DNA of 64,000 nt from contig NZ_CAMXYR010000001.1 in assembly GCF_947253225.1 (NCBI RefSeq), forward strand, positions 23,944 to 87,943, read 5' to 3'. This document shows positions 1 through 9,137 of this stretch, in pieces. The notes under the pieces were generated by a model. The model saw nothing but the letters and a program-made list of their open reading frames with translations. It had not been told where the DNA came from and ran no database searches. Positions within the stretch are counted from its first letter, which is position 1, and each line of letters begins with the position of its first letter. Source of the DNA: an uncultured Anaerococcus sp. Lineage in GTDB: Bacteria > Bacillota > Clostridia > Tissierellales > Peptoniphilaceae. Position numbers and translations under genes: made by a program.

Positions 1-9
1 CTTTTCCGG

Positions 10-40
10 TTGTGGTTAAGTGTTAAAGCATTTATCACAA
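10..40 (+). promoter_or_regulatory. Stem-loop just upstream of the mntP RBS; possibly the 3' part of a Mn-responsive leader cut by the window edge
   Basis: TTGTGGTTAAGTG pairs with CATTTATCACAA (G.U pairs, one bulge), ending 6 nt before AGGAGG; no aptamer sequence is visible. Confidence 0.3.
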
Positions 41-57
41 AAACCTAGGAGGATATT

Positions 58-615
58 TTGGATACAGGATCATTATTAGTGTTATCAGTTGGGCTTGCCA
101 TGGACGCCTTTGCCGCAAGTATTTGCAAGGGCCTGTCAGAAAAAACTCACTCTATCAAAAACAGCTTGTCCATAGGGATTTGCTTTGGATTTTTTCAAGC
201 CTTGATGCCAGTTGTCGGATTTTTGTTGGGAAGAAACTATGCAGAAGCAATTAGGTCTATAGACCACTGGATAGCCTTTTTCCTCCTAGGTCTTCTAGGC
301 TTACAAATGATTAAAGAGTCAAGAGAAGCCTACTGCGAGGTAAACCACGGTTTCGACTTAGGAAGTTTAACTAAGATGGGAATTGCCACATCCATTGATG
401 CCCTAGCTGTTGGGGTTGGTCTAGCTTTTCTTAATATAGACATCATCAAATCTGCATCTACTATCGGTATAATAACCGCCCTTCTTTCAATAGTAGGATT
501 TAAGATAGGCTCCAAACTCGGCATGAAAAGCAAGCAAGCTTCAGAATTAATTGGTGGATTAATCCTTATAGGCCTCGGAATAAAAATCCTCATAGAACAC
601 ATATTTTTCCATTAA
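58..615 (+). CDS. mntP: Manganese efflux pump MntP
   Basis: GLAMDAFAASI, DHWIAF and ATSIDALAVG motifs; ~6 TM segments; AGGAGG RBS before a TTG start. Confidence 0.92.
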   Translation: MDTGSLLVLSVGLAMDAFAASICKGLSEKTHSIKNSLSIGICFGFFQALMPVVGFLLGRNYAEAIRSIDHWIAFFLLGLLGLQMIKESREAYCEVNHGFDLGSLTKMGIATSIDALAVGVGLAFLNIDIIKSASTIGIITALLSIVGFKIGSKLGMKSKQASELIGGLILIGLGIKILIEHIFFH

Positions 616-663
616 AAACCCAAGTTAGAAATTTTTACATATCTTTAATTCAATAAAATTATA

Positions 664-713
664 AAAAGAAGCGACTACAATCTCCTACAATGAGATTACT
701 AGTCGCTCCTTTT
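664..713. terminator. Bidirectional intrinsic terminator between convergent mntP and uraA
   Basis: GCGACTA/TAGTCGC outer stem and AATCTC/GAGATT inner stem, flanked by A-rich and T-rich tracts. Confidence 0.7.
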
Positions 714-785
714 CTTTGCTCTTAATATTAAGATACTTCCTCTACCCTAAAAATTCTTAGCAAGGAATTTTTACTTACTATAAAT

Positions 786-2051
786 TTATTGGTTGATTAA
801 CTTTAGTTTCCTCAAAAGTGTCATGAAAGCTGAAAGAACAACTGCCACTACTGAGGCAAGTACCATTCCTGATAATTGGATTGAACCGAGCTTTATAGAA
901 AGACCTGAAAGTCCCGCTATGAAAATTACTGAAGTAAGGACTAGGTTCATAGATTTTGAATAATCTACCTTCTGGTCAACTAATAGTCTTATACCACTTG
1001 TACCAATCATTCCATAAAGTAAGAATGTAACTCCTCCTATAACATCTCCTGGTATGGTCTGGATAAGAGCTGCTAGTGGTCCAAAGAAGGCCATTAGGAT
1101 AGAAATAATTGCTGCTCCTCCAATAACTTGGACTGAATAAACCCCTGTTATAGCCATAACTCCAATATTTTCACCATAAGTTGTTGTAGGAACTCCACCC
1201 ACAAGACCTGAAAGGGCTGATGAAAAGTTATCCGCAAAGATTGACCTGTGAAGTCCAGGATCTTTTAACAAGTCTCTGCCAATAATATTTGATGTAACAA
1301 CTTGATGGGAGATATGCTCGCTTGTAATTACCAAAATTACAGGAAGCATAGCAAGTATTGCTTCTGGTGAGAACTTTGGCATTGAAAAGGCTGGCATAGT
1401 GAAAAAGCTCGCCTCTCTAACTGGTGTAAAATCGACCATATTAAAGGCAATAGCAGAAATATAGCCGACAATAATTGATATCAAAATAGGAATTGTCGAA
1501 AAGAAGCCTTTAAAGGCAACAGAACCGATAATTGCAGTAAGAATTGTTATTGCAAATACCCAGAAATCCTTACTTGTTGCAGTATCTGTCATTAAGTTTG
1601 CTCCTATAGAACCACCTGTTACAGTATTGCCCGCAAGCTCAAAACCAATGAGGGCTACAACTGCTCCCATAGCAGCTGGTGGAAGAACTACATCTATCCA
1701 CTTGATTCCAAACTTATAAATAATATAAGCGAGTAAACATCCAATAAGTCCGACCACAATAAAAGCACCTTGCGCATATTCAAATCCTTGACTTGCAATA
1801 ATAGCTGTACCTGGTGCTAAAAATGCAAATGAGGAACCCAAATAAGCAGGTGCCTTTTTCTTAGTTATTAATATAAATAATAGAGTTCCGATACCATTCA
1901 TCAACAAAACAATTCCTGGATTAATATTAAATAAAATAGGAACTAAAACACTCGCTCCAAACATTGCAAAAGTGTGTTGGATCGACAATGGTAAAAGTAA
2001 TTTAAATGGAACTTTGTCTTCTACACGGTAGATTTTTTTAGAATTTTTCAT
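786..2051 (-). CDS. uraA: Uracil permease (NCS2 family)
   Basis: QH-x-FAMFGASVLVP, YLGSSFAF and PTTTYGENIGV NCS2/UraA motifs. Confidence 0.9.
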   Translation of the reverse strand: MKNSKKIYRVEDKVPFKLLLPLSIQHTFAMFGASVLVPILFNINPGIVLLMNGIGTLLFILITKKKAPAYLGSSFAFLAPGTAIIASQGFEYAQGAFIVVGLIGCLLAYIIYKFGIKWIDVVLPPAAMGAVVALIGFELAGNTVTGGSIGANLMTDTATSKDFWVFAITILTAIIGSVAFKGFFSTIPILISIIVGYISAIAFNMVDFTPVREASFFTMPAFSMPKFSPEAILAMLPVILVITSEHISHQVVTSNIIGRDLLKDPGLHRSIFADNFSSALSGLVGGVPTTTYGENIGVMAITGVYSVQVIGGAAIISILMAFFGPLAALIQTIPGDVIGGVTFLLYGMIGTSGIRLLVDQKVDYSKSMNLVLTSVIFIAGLSGLSIKLGSIQLSGMVLASVVAVVLSAFMTLLRKLKLINQ

Positions 2052-2078
2052 AATACCTCCCTAAATTTTCCACCACTT

Positions 2079-2107
2079 ATCATAGCAAAATATTTTGTTC
2101 TTGTCAA
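2079..2107 (-). promoter_or_regulatory. Sigma-A promoter of uraA
   Basis: Minus strand TTGACA-17 nt-TATGAT with extended TG, just upstream of the GGAGG RBS. Confidence 0.8.
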
Positions 2108-2173
2108 ACAAAAAAGTCTAAATATTTTTGTAAATCTTTCCATCTCCATTAATAATTACTAAGATTTCCCAAG

Positions 2174-2195
2174 AAAAAAAGCCCTAGAGGGCTTT
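2174..2195 (-). terminator. Intrinsic terminator after the 65-aa ORF
   Basis: AAAGCCC-TCTA-GGGCTTT followed by a T run. Confidence 0.75.
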
Positions 2196-2216
2196 AATCT
2201 GTCAATATTTATTATC

Positions 2217-2414
2217 TTATAGGAGGTCTTCTCCCTTTACTGCATCTATTATCTCGTCCTTGATGTCGTCAACCTTATCTTTGACCTCATCTAGCTTATT
2301 ATTGTTTTTTAGGTAGAGGTAACCACCCACAAGGGCAGCTGCTGCTGTGAAAATATACTTGCCTAGAGAATTTTCTTCTTTTTTATTATCGAATTTTTTA
2401 TTGTAATCAAACAT
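2217..2414 (-). CDS. Small single-TM hypothetical protein (YtxH-like organisation)
   Basis: AGAGG RBS; one hydrophobic segment (YIFTAAAALVGGYLYL) then a charged helical tail; own terminator. Confidence 0.65.
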   Translation of the reverse strand: MFDYNKKFDNKKEENSLGKYIFTAAAALVGGYLYLKNNNKLDEVKDKVDDIKDEIIDAVKGEDLL

Positions 2415-2534
2415 TTATGACCTCTTTCTTTATCCACTTAACTTTTTCTATATCAATATATCACAACTATACTTTCAATATTATTAACTTTCAAATTAAT
2501 TATTCTTATTTTTATTTAATTTAGAATAAATATA

Positions 2535-3740
2535 TTAATCCTCTCTTACTAGAGGCATTGACATACATCTAGGACCTCCCCTTCCGACAGTAAGAGTTTG
2601 TGAGTCAAGTCTTATCACTTCTATATCATTTAATTCTAGCATTTGATTGGTTACAGTGTTTCTCTTGTAGACAATTACCTTGCCTGGTGCGATTGCAAGA
2701 GTGTTAGACCCATCTGTCCATTGTTCCCTAAGGGCTGCTATAGGATCTCCTCCTCCACAAGGAAGAAGATTGATTTTATCAAGTTTTAAAGCCTCTTTTA
2801 GTAGGTCATCCAAAGACTTCTCCAAAATTTCTTCACAGAGTTTTCCGTCCTTTAGGGTGAATTTTACAGCGTGGAAAGTCGAAATAATTCCAGGATGGTA
2901 GGTGAAAGTATCATAATCAATTTGAGTAAATACTGTATCAAGGTGCATATAGGCTCTTTCATTGGGAATATTTACCCCAATAATTTCAGAAATCTTATTT
3001 TCCCTATCTTCTAAAATATTTTTTGCCAATTCTCTTATAGCAGCAAGCTCCGTTCTTTGGCTAATCCCAACCATAAGGAGGTTTTCGTTTATATTTAAGA
3101 TATCTCCACCCTCTATATGGTAGTTTCTATCCCTTCCATAGAAATTCTTAGTCCCCTTGTAGTCCTTGTGGTGGGAAAATATATAATCGGCATAAATAGT
3201 TTCTCTCGACCTAGTTACTGAATACATGGTATTAATTGAGACTCCATTAGCAATTGATGAAAAAGGGTCTCTAGTAAAGTAGAGGTTTGGCATTGGGTTA
3301 ATGGCTGTGTATTTTTGATTGTAAACGACCTTTTCATTTCTTATGCCAAGTTCTCTTAGGGTTAGACCGCTCATGGTTTTTAGGACAAATTCCTTGGTAT
3401 CTTTGATAGATTCAAGAAAACTTTTTGCTTCTTTATAAATTAGTTCATCAGAAATATCTGCTTCATCGAGGTATTGGTTCAAGAATTTCTTCCTTAAATC
3501 CTTATCACAGGCGAGAGTTTCTGCCATCAAGTCTTCAAGATATACAACTTCTACCCCTTCATTTATAAAAATTTGTGCAAAGTTATCATGCTCTTCCACA
3601 GCCTTTTCAAGGTCTGGAATATCATCAAACAAAAGTTCATCCAAGGAATTTGGGGTGAGATTTAGTAACTCTTCACCAGGTCTATGCAAAAGCACCTTTT
3701 TAAGTGGCTTAATTTCATTATTTACATTGATTTTATTCAT
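2535..3740 (-). CDS. arcA: Arginine deiminase
   Basis: LLHRPGEE, PMPNLYFTRDPF, IEGGD, MHLDTVFT and GRGGPRCMSMPL motifs; catalytic Asp, His and Cys present. Confidence 0.95.
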   Translation of the reverse strand: MNKINVNNEIKPLKKVLLHRPGEELLNLTPNSLDELLFDDIPDLEKAVEEHDNFAQIFINEGVEVVYLEDLMAETLACDKDLRKKFLNQYLDEADISDELIYKEAKSFLESIKDTKEFVLKTMSGLTLRELGIRNEKVVYNQKYTAINPMPNLYFTRDPFSSIANGVSINTMYSVTRSRETIYADYIFSHHKDYKGTKNFYGRDRNYHIEGGDILNINENLLMVGISQRTELAAIRELAKNILEDRENKISEIIGVNIPNERAYMHLDTVFTQIDYDTFTYHPGIISTFHAVKFTLKDGKLCEEILEKSLDDLLKEALKLDKINLLPCGGGDPIAALREQWTDGSNTLAIAPGKVIVYKRNTVTNQMLELNDIEVIRLDSQTLTVGRGGPRCMSMPLVRED

Positions 3741-3760
3741 AATAACTCCTTAAAATTTTT

Positions 3761-3790
3761 AAAAAAAAGGTAGTTCATTAAAAACTACCT
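3761..3790 (-). terminator. Terminator-like hairpin inside the arcA 5' leader
   Basis: AGGTAGTT-TTTAATG-AACTACCT followed by 7 more T, between the predicted -10 and the RBS. Confidence 0.65.
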
Positions 3791-3832
3791 ATAATCAATT
3801 AGCCCTGCCAATATCTTTAATTTTATATTTTT

Positions 3833-3841
3833 ATTATAGCA
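3833..3841 (-). promoter_or_regulatory. Extended -10 promoter of arcA
   Basis: TGCTATAAT on the minus strand, downstream of the ABC operon terminator; weak -35. Confidence 0.6.
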
Positions 3842-3982
3842 AATTAATTGAGAAAATAAAATAGACTTTGTTAATTTATAAGTTTCCTACAAATACTGAA
3901 AATATGTTTGCTCAGTCAAGTATACTTTTAAAAATTATATTAATTTATTAGTAGGCTAGGTTTTAATAAATTCGGACACAGG

Positions 3983-4005
3983 AAAAGGCAAGTTTCCTTG
4001 CCTTT
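3983..4005 (-). terminator. Terminator of the ABC importer operon
   Basis: AAAGGCAAG-GAAA-CTTGCCTTT hairpin 11 nt after the SBP stop. Confidence 0.75.
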
Positions 4006-4016
4006 CTATAACTTAT

Positions 4017-5327
4017 TTAGTTTTCTTCAAAGTCAGCCTTAAATTGTGGAGCAAAGGCTTCAAGTTCAGCCTTTACATCAGCACTTGGGTTTGAAAGAAT
4101 ACTTTCAAGTAGGCTTCCCATATCGTTGTAGGCTTTTTGGCTACCTGGAGCAAGTGGTCTTGAAAATAGTTTTTCACTTGCCTTATCAAGGATTGGTGCT
4201 ATCTTAGAATCAGATTTCTTGTATGCATCATCTTCTACAGCTGATTTTCTTGCTGGCATATATCCTGTTGCAACTGCAAATTCTACTTGAGCATCCTTGC
4301 TTGCTAGGAATTGCATATACCTGAAGGCTGCTTGTTTTTCTTCATCACTTTCCTTGTCAAACATATAGATGTTTGTTCCTTGTTGGAAAGATTTGGCTGC
4401 TGGATATGGAGATGCAGCATATTCAAATTTACCATTTAGGGCTTCTTTTACATAAACTTCACCAGCGTTTGATCCAACAAAAGATCCGACTTGTTCATTA
4501 GCAAATGGACCAGATAAGTGTTGGTCAGTTCCTGCAATTCTGAAATATCCTTCTTTAACACCATCTAGGTAGTAATTTATAGCTTCGATTGATTCAGGAC
4601 ATGTTACATCAAGCTTAGCATCAAAATCAATTCCCTTATTCTTTAGGTAGGTTAGGTAGAAGTTTGATAGTGAATCAAATCCTGCCCCTGGGATACCCTT
4701 AGCCTCGTGAATTTTCTTAGCATTTTCTTTCAATTCTTCATAGCTTGTTGGCTCTTTTAGTCCAAGTTCGTCATAAAGATTTTTGTTATACCAGAATACT
4801 TCTGTTGATTTGTTAAATGGTAGAGCTTCAATCTTACCTTCTTTTTCAATTTCTTCTCTAATTCCTGGCAAGATATCATCATAATCGTTCATCGCACTTT
4901 TTACATAACCTGTCAAATCAGCTACCATATTTGCTTGCTTGAATTGAAGCATCCAATCAGGGTAAGCTTGAGTGATTGTAGGTAGGTCTTTAGGTGATTG
5001 CATAGAAGCAACAAGAGCTTGGTTCAAATCTCCATATTTACCCTTATTTTGTAGAGTTACCTTGATGTCAGGGTTTTCTTCTTCAAACTTTTTAGTAAGT
5101 TTTTCCAAAGCTTCTCCTTGACCACCACTCATAGCGTGCCAGAATACAATTTCTGCTTGACCATCAGTTTTTGCTTTTTCATCTTTTTTATCACCTTTAG
5201 CTTGGTCAGAAGCTTCTTCTACCTTAGCATCTTTTGATATATCAGCTGCTTTTTCATTAGAATTACAAGCTGTAAAAACACCCAATGACAAAACTAAAGC
5301 CATCAACAACGATAATTTCTTTTTCAT
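4017..5327 (-). CDS. ABC transporter substrate-binding lipoprotein (CUT1, UgpB/sugar-type)
   Basis: Lipobox FTAC; IVFWHAMSG and LPFNKSTEVFWYNK SBP-family motifs; last gene of the ABC operon. Confidence 0.88.
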   Translation of the reverse strand: MKKKLSLLMALVLSLGVFTACNSNEKAADISKDAKVEEASDQAKGDKKDEKAKTDGQAEIVFWHAMSGGQGEALEKLTKKFEEENPDIKVTLQNKGKYGDLNQALVASMQSPKDLPTITQAYPDWMLQFKQANMVADLTGYVKSAMNDYDDILPGIREEIEKEGKIEALPFNKSTEVFWYNKNLYDELGLKEPTSYEELKENAKKIHEAKGIPGAGFDSLSNFYLTYLKNKGIDFDAKLDVTCPESIEAINYYLDGVKEGYFRIAGTDQHLSGPFANEQVGSFVGSNAGEVYVKEALNGKFEYAASPYPAAKSFQQGTNIYMFDKESDEEKQAAFRYMQFLASKDAQVEFAVATGYMPARKSAVEDDAYKKSDSKIAPILDKASEKLFSRPLAPGSQKAYNDMGSLLESILSNPSADVKAELEAFAPQFKADFEEN

Positions 5328-5399
5328 AAAATCTCCTTTGTTTTTTACAAATATTATCCTTCACAAATATTATATACTATTTATCCACGCTTTAACAAG

Positions 5400-6218
5400 T
5401 TATCTTTTGATACCTCCATAAGAAACTCCTCTTAGGATTTGCTTCCTAAATATGAAATATAATATTAAAATTGGCATTATAGTAATTGTACTTGCTGCCA
5501 TTTGAAGGTGAATTAACTGACCTGCCTCTGTGGCAAAGGCTGAAAGACCATTTGAGATTAGCCTCATATTTGTTGTATTCGTTACAAGAATTGGCCAAAG
5601 GAAAGAGTTCCATCCAGTAATGAAGTTAAGTAGACCTATGGTAAATAGGGTTGACTTACTCATTGGTATCATAACTCTTGTAATAAACTCAAAATCACTT
5701 GCTCCATCTACCTTGGCTGCCTTATAGAAATCCATAGGGATAGATCTAAGAAATTCCTTGAGGTAGAAAATATAAAATACTGAAGCCAAAAATGGGATTA
5801 TTAGGGCTGCGTAAGTGTCTATAAGGCCAAGTCTTGCTATGGTTGAGAAGTTGGTGAAAATTATTATCTCAAAAGGAATCATAAGCAAGGATAGCATAAA
5901 GGCCTGAAGGACTTTTTTGTACTTAAAATTCATAAAGTTTAAGGCAAAGGCTGCTAGAGTTGTTGTAAGCAATGTAACACTTGTATTTGCAACAGAAACG
6001 ACTATCGTATTAAAAAAATACCTTGCAAAAGGTGCAACCTTCATTGCCTGTCTGTAGTTTTCAACCATCAACTTTTGTGGAAAAAGTTTCGGAGGAATAC
6101 TTGTTACCTCTTGAAAGCTCATCAGTGATGAAGAAATCATATACAAAAATGGAAAAATTGTGATAATTGCCATAATAACGACAAAAATATAGCCAATTAC
6201 TTTTAAAAATTTATTCAT
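5400..6218 (-). CDS. Carbohydrate ABC transporter permease (MalG/UgpE-type)
   Basis: EAA loop IPMDFYKAAKVDGAS; WNSFLWP. Confidence 0.9.
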   Translation of the reverse strand: MNKFLKVIGYIFVVIMAIITIFPFLYMISSSLMSFQEVTSIPPKLFPQKLMVENYRQAMKVAPFARYFFNTIVVSVANTSVTLLTTTLAAFALNFMNFKYKKVLQAFMLSLLMIPFEIIIFTNFSTIARLGLIDTYAALIIPFLASVFYIFYLKEFLRSIPMDFYKAAKVDGASDFEFITRVMIPMSKSTLFTIGLLNFITGWNSFLWPILVTNTTNMRLISNGLSAFATEAGQLIHLQMAASTITIMPILILYFIFRKQILRGVSYGGIKR

Positions 6219-7099
6219 TACCTACCCAACCTTTCTATAATCTTCTTTTGGAGGAAAGTTAAGACTAAGAGGAACAAAAATAAGATAACTCCAGCAGCCA
6301 TAGCTTGTCCATACCTGTATTCTACATAGAACTTGTTGTAGATATAGAATACAGCTGTTATTAACCTATTACCAACTCCTGCCTTCCCATTAAATAGGGC
6401 AAAGATTGAGTTGTAAACTTTAAATGCTGAAATAAAACTCGTTAAAAACAAAAATGTAATAATTGATTTAAGCTGAGGAAGGGTAATCTTCCTAAATTGC
6501 TCCCAAGGACTTGCCCCAAACATCTCGGCAACCTTGTAATAACTCTTATCAATTGACCTAAGACCTGCAAGAATAACTATAATATTAAAGGCTAGAGCAT
6601 TCCATACCCCAAATATTATTAAAGCGAGCATATTATAGTCTTGGTTGTTCAAAAAATCTATAGGTCCAACTCCCACAAAGCTCAAAAGATAATTAATAAA
6701 ACCATATTGACCATGAAGAAGGTACCTAAAAACTATACCTATAGCTATTACGCTTGTTAGGTAAGGAATAAAAAATAAAGTCTCAAAAAACTTTCCACCC
6801 TTGATGTTCGTATTTAACACAAGGGCAATAAACATCGAAATTATTATTGAAAGAGGAACTACAGTTACTGAATAAACTAGGGTATTGACCATAGCCCTCC
6901 TAAAAAGTGGGTCATTAAAAACAGAAACAAAATTCTTAAAGCCTACAAAAGAAGGATTTAGAATGTTGTTATTTTGCATACTCATCACAAAGGTTCTGAT
7001 GAGAGGATAGACAGAAAAAATAAGGATGGAAATTAGAGCTGGAGCCAGATATAACCAAGCCTTGTTGTTTTTTTCTGCAGAATACTTAAGCTTTCTCAT
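6218..7099 (-). CDS. Carbohydrate ABC transporter permease (MalF/UgpA-type)
   Basis: LAGLRSIDKSYYKVAEMFGAS EAA loop; YLAPA; translationally coupled to neighbours. Confidence 0.9.
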   Translation of the reverse strand: MRKLKYSAEKNNKAWLYLAPALISILIFSVYPLIRTFVMSMQNNNILNPSFVGFKNFVSVFNDPLFRRAMVNTLVYSVTVVPLSIIISMFIALVLNTNIKGGKFFETLFFIPYLTSVIAIGIVFRYLLHGQYGFINYLLSFVGVGPIDFLNNQDYNMLALIIFGVWNALAFNIIVILAGLRSIDKSYYKVAEMFGASPWEQFRKITLPQLKSIITFLFLTSFISAFKVYNSIFALFNGKAGVGNRLITAVFYIYNKFYVEYRYGQAMAAGVILFLFLLVLTFLQKKIIERLGR

Positions 7100-8169
7100 T
7101 AGTAAACTCTCTTTCCATCTTCTTGGAATAAGTAAATTGATGAATAGTCAATTCCGATGGCAATTTCATCATTTTCCTTAATAGCTAGTTTGCTATCAAC
7201 AATCATCTTTGTAGGTTGATCATTCAAATCAAAATGAACAACCATGTATCTACCAATCATTTCTATAGAGTCAACCTTCACACGAATAGGACTTTTATCA
7301 TCCAAGACAAAATGCTCTGGTCTAATTCCTACCAAATACTTATCCATAGACAAGTCTTCCTTAAACCTATCTTTTAGCAAAGCATTAAGTCTTAAGTCAA
7401 AGTCCTTAGCCACAAGCTTATCGGAGGTTTTTTCTAGGGAAAATATGTTGATTATAGGATTGCCAATAAATTTTGCAACGAAAAGATTAGCTGGTTCTAG
7501 GTAGAGGTTTTGTGGCCTATCGAATTGTTGGATAACTCCCCCATCCATTAAGGCTATGTAGTCTGAAATAGAAAGAGCCTCTTCCTGGTCGTGGGTTACA
7601 AATATGGTTGTAACTCCAACTTCCTTAACAATATTTCTAATCTCTTCCCTGATGGAAAGCCTTAGCCTTGCATCGAGGTTACTCAAAGGTTCATCCAAAA
7701 GTAGGGTCTTTGGGTTTTGGATAAGGGCACGAGCTATGGCAACTCTTTGTTGCTGACCACCAGAAATCTGACCAGGTTTCTTATCCTTAATCTCACCAAT
7801 ATAGGCAAGGTCCATATATTTTTGAGCAATTTTGATTGCTTCTTGTTTTTTAATCTTGTTTTTACCAACAGTTAGAGGAAAAATAATATTTTCAAGAACT
7901 GTCATATGAGGATAGAGGGCGTAATTTTGAAATACCATCCCAATATCACGATCTTTTGGGTGCTTATCGACAATAGAAGCTCCATCAAACTTAATATCTC
8001 CCTTAGTTGGGTCAAGAATCCCTGCTATAATATTTAAAATAGTAGACTTACCACAACCCGATGGGCCTAAAAGGGTTACTAGGGCACCATCTTCAATATC
8101 TAAGTTGATGGACTTCAAGGCCTCGTATCCATTTTCATAAACTTTGTTCAGATTTTCAATCTTAATCAT
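7099..8169 (-). CDS. ABC transporter ATP-binding protein (MalK/UgpC-type)
   Basis: Walker A GPSGCGKST, signature ISGGQQQR, Walker B LLLDEPLSNLD, VTHDQ; C-terminal TOBE-like region. Confidence 0.93.
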   Translation of the reverse strand: MIKIENLNKVYENGYEALKSINLDIEDGALVTLLGPSGCGKSTILNIIAGILDPTKGDIKFDGASIVDKHPKDRDIGMVFQNYALYPHMTVLENIIFPLTVGKNKIKKQEAIKIAQKYMDLAYIGEIKDKKPGQISGGQQQRVAIARALIQNPKTLLLDEPLSNLDARLRLSIREEIRNIVKEVGVTTIFVTHDQEEALSISDYIALMDGGVIQQFDRPQNLYLEPANLFVAKFIGNPIINIFSLEKTSDKLVAKDFDLRLNALLKDRFKEDLSMDKYLVGIRPEHFVLDDKSPIRVKVDSIEMIGRYMVVHFDLNDQPTKMIVDSKLAIKENDEIAIGIDYSSIYLFQEDGKRVY

Positions 8170-8188
8170 AATACCTCTTTAAAAATAC

Positions 8189-8512
8189 TCATACTAAGGA
8201 AAACTTAAGCAAAATGACAAGCATGGCCACCATCAACCCTATTCCAATAACTGTGAAAGTATCTTCCTGCTTTCTAAGAGCCAAAATAACAAGGCCAATA
8301 GATAGAAAAAAGAGGAATAGGTATATCTGGATAAACATCTTCTCATAGAGCTTATCGTAAACTATCGATATTATCACAACAGCCAAAATCAAAACTACAG
8401 AAGATATAAGCATAACTAATTTTCTTTTCTCCATAATAGAATTGAACAAGCTCATAGCTGCAATTAATAAGATTATAGGCCGTAATAGATAATCAAAAAA
8501 TAAATTTATCAT
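8189..8512 (-). CDS. Hypothetical small membrane protein (4 TM)
   Basis: AGAGG RBS and TGATATAAT upstream; four hydrophobic segments; first gene of the ABC operon. Confidence 0.7.
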   Translation of the reverse strand: MINLFFDYLLRPIILLIAAMSLFNSIMEKRKLVMLISSVVLILAVVIISIVYDKLYEKMFIQIYLFLFFLSIGLVILALRKQEDTFTVIGIGLMVAMLVILLKFSLV

Positions 8513-8636
8513 AATACCTCTATCCTATTATATCATATAAAAAATATAGATAAATAGGATTAATGAATTTTTCCTAAGGCTCTCATTAGCCTTACTTGTT
8601 TATACTTTCTATTATCCCTAGGCAAATTTCGCCAAT

Positions 8637-8682
8637 AAAAAACTGGTGGCTATGAATATTATAGGCTTCATAGGTTCACCAG
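8637..8682 (-). terminator. Terminator of the glycosyltransferase/cps-like operon
   Basis: CTGGTG/CACCAG and CTATGAA/TTCATAG stems followed by T6 on the minus strand. Confidence 0.7.
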
Positions 8683-8693
8683 CTTATTTTTTC

Positions 8694-9137
8694 TTATTTT
8701 ACTTCTTTGAGTAGGTCGCTTTTGATATATCCTGATTGTCCATTTACAGATACTCTTGCCCAGCCGTCTTTTTCTAATAAAACTAGGATTTCATCTCCTG
8801 GATGGGCTTCTCCAACAATATCTGAATCTGTAGTTGGGTCAAACCTTATGTTTGTAACATCTTCAACCTTGTAGGTTACACCAGCCATCTTGTCTGAAGA
8901 CTTGTCATCCTTAGCTTCTTCTTTTTTTTCGTCTTTAGCATCTTCGTCTTTTTCATAAGACTTATCTTCTTTGCTTTCTTCTTTGTCCTTGCCTTCATCT
9001 TCTGGTTTTTCCAAGGCTTCGCTTACTTGTTCCTCGCTTGCTGCATCTGGATGACGTTTTGAAACATAGGAATCATTGGAACAAGCTGCCAAAACAAAGG
9101 CAAGGCTTAGAATAAGTAATAGTTTATTTTTTTTCAT
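8694..9137 (-). CDS. Lipoprotein with C-terminal bacterial SH3 domain
   Basis: Lipobox LAAC; charged linker; NIRFDPTTDSDIVG...GWARVSVNGQSGYIKSDLL SH3b pattern. Confidence 0.85.
   Translation of the reverse strand: MKKNKLLLILSLAFVLAACSNDSYVSKRHPDAASEEQVSEALEKPEDEGKDKEESKEDKSYEKDEDAKDEKKEEAKDDKSSDKMAGVTYKVEDVTNIRFDPTTDSDIVGEAHPGDEILVLLEKDGWARVSVNGQSGYIKSDLLKEVK

Noticed and set aside
2052..2216. PyrR attenuator upstream of uraA
   Set aside because: A near-consensus promoter lies about 20 nt from the RBS, leaving no room; no AGUCCAGAGAGG-like loop; the nearby hairpin terminates the upstream ORF
5347..5373. Direct repeat ACAAATATTAT x2 upstream of the SBP gene as an operator
   Set aside because: AT-rich 11-mer overlapping a possible internal -10; cannot be distinguished from chance without comparative data
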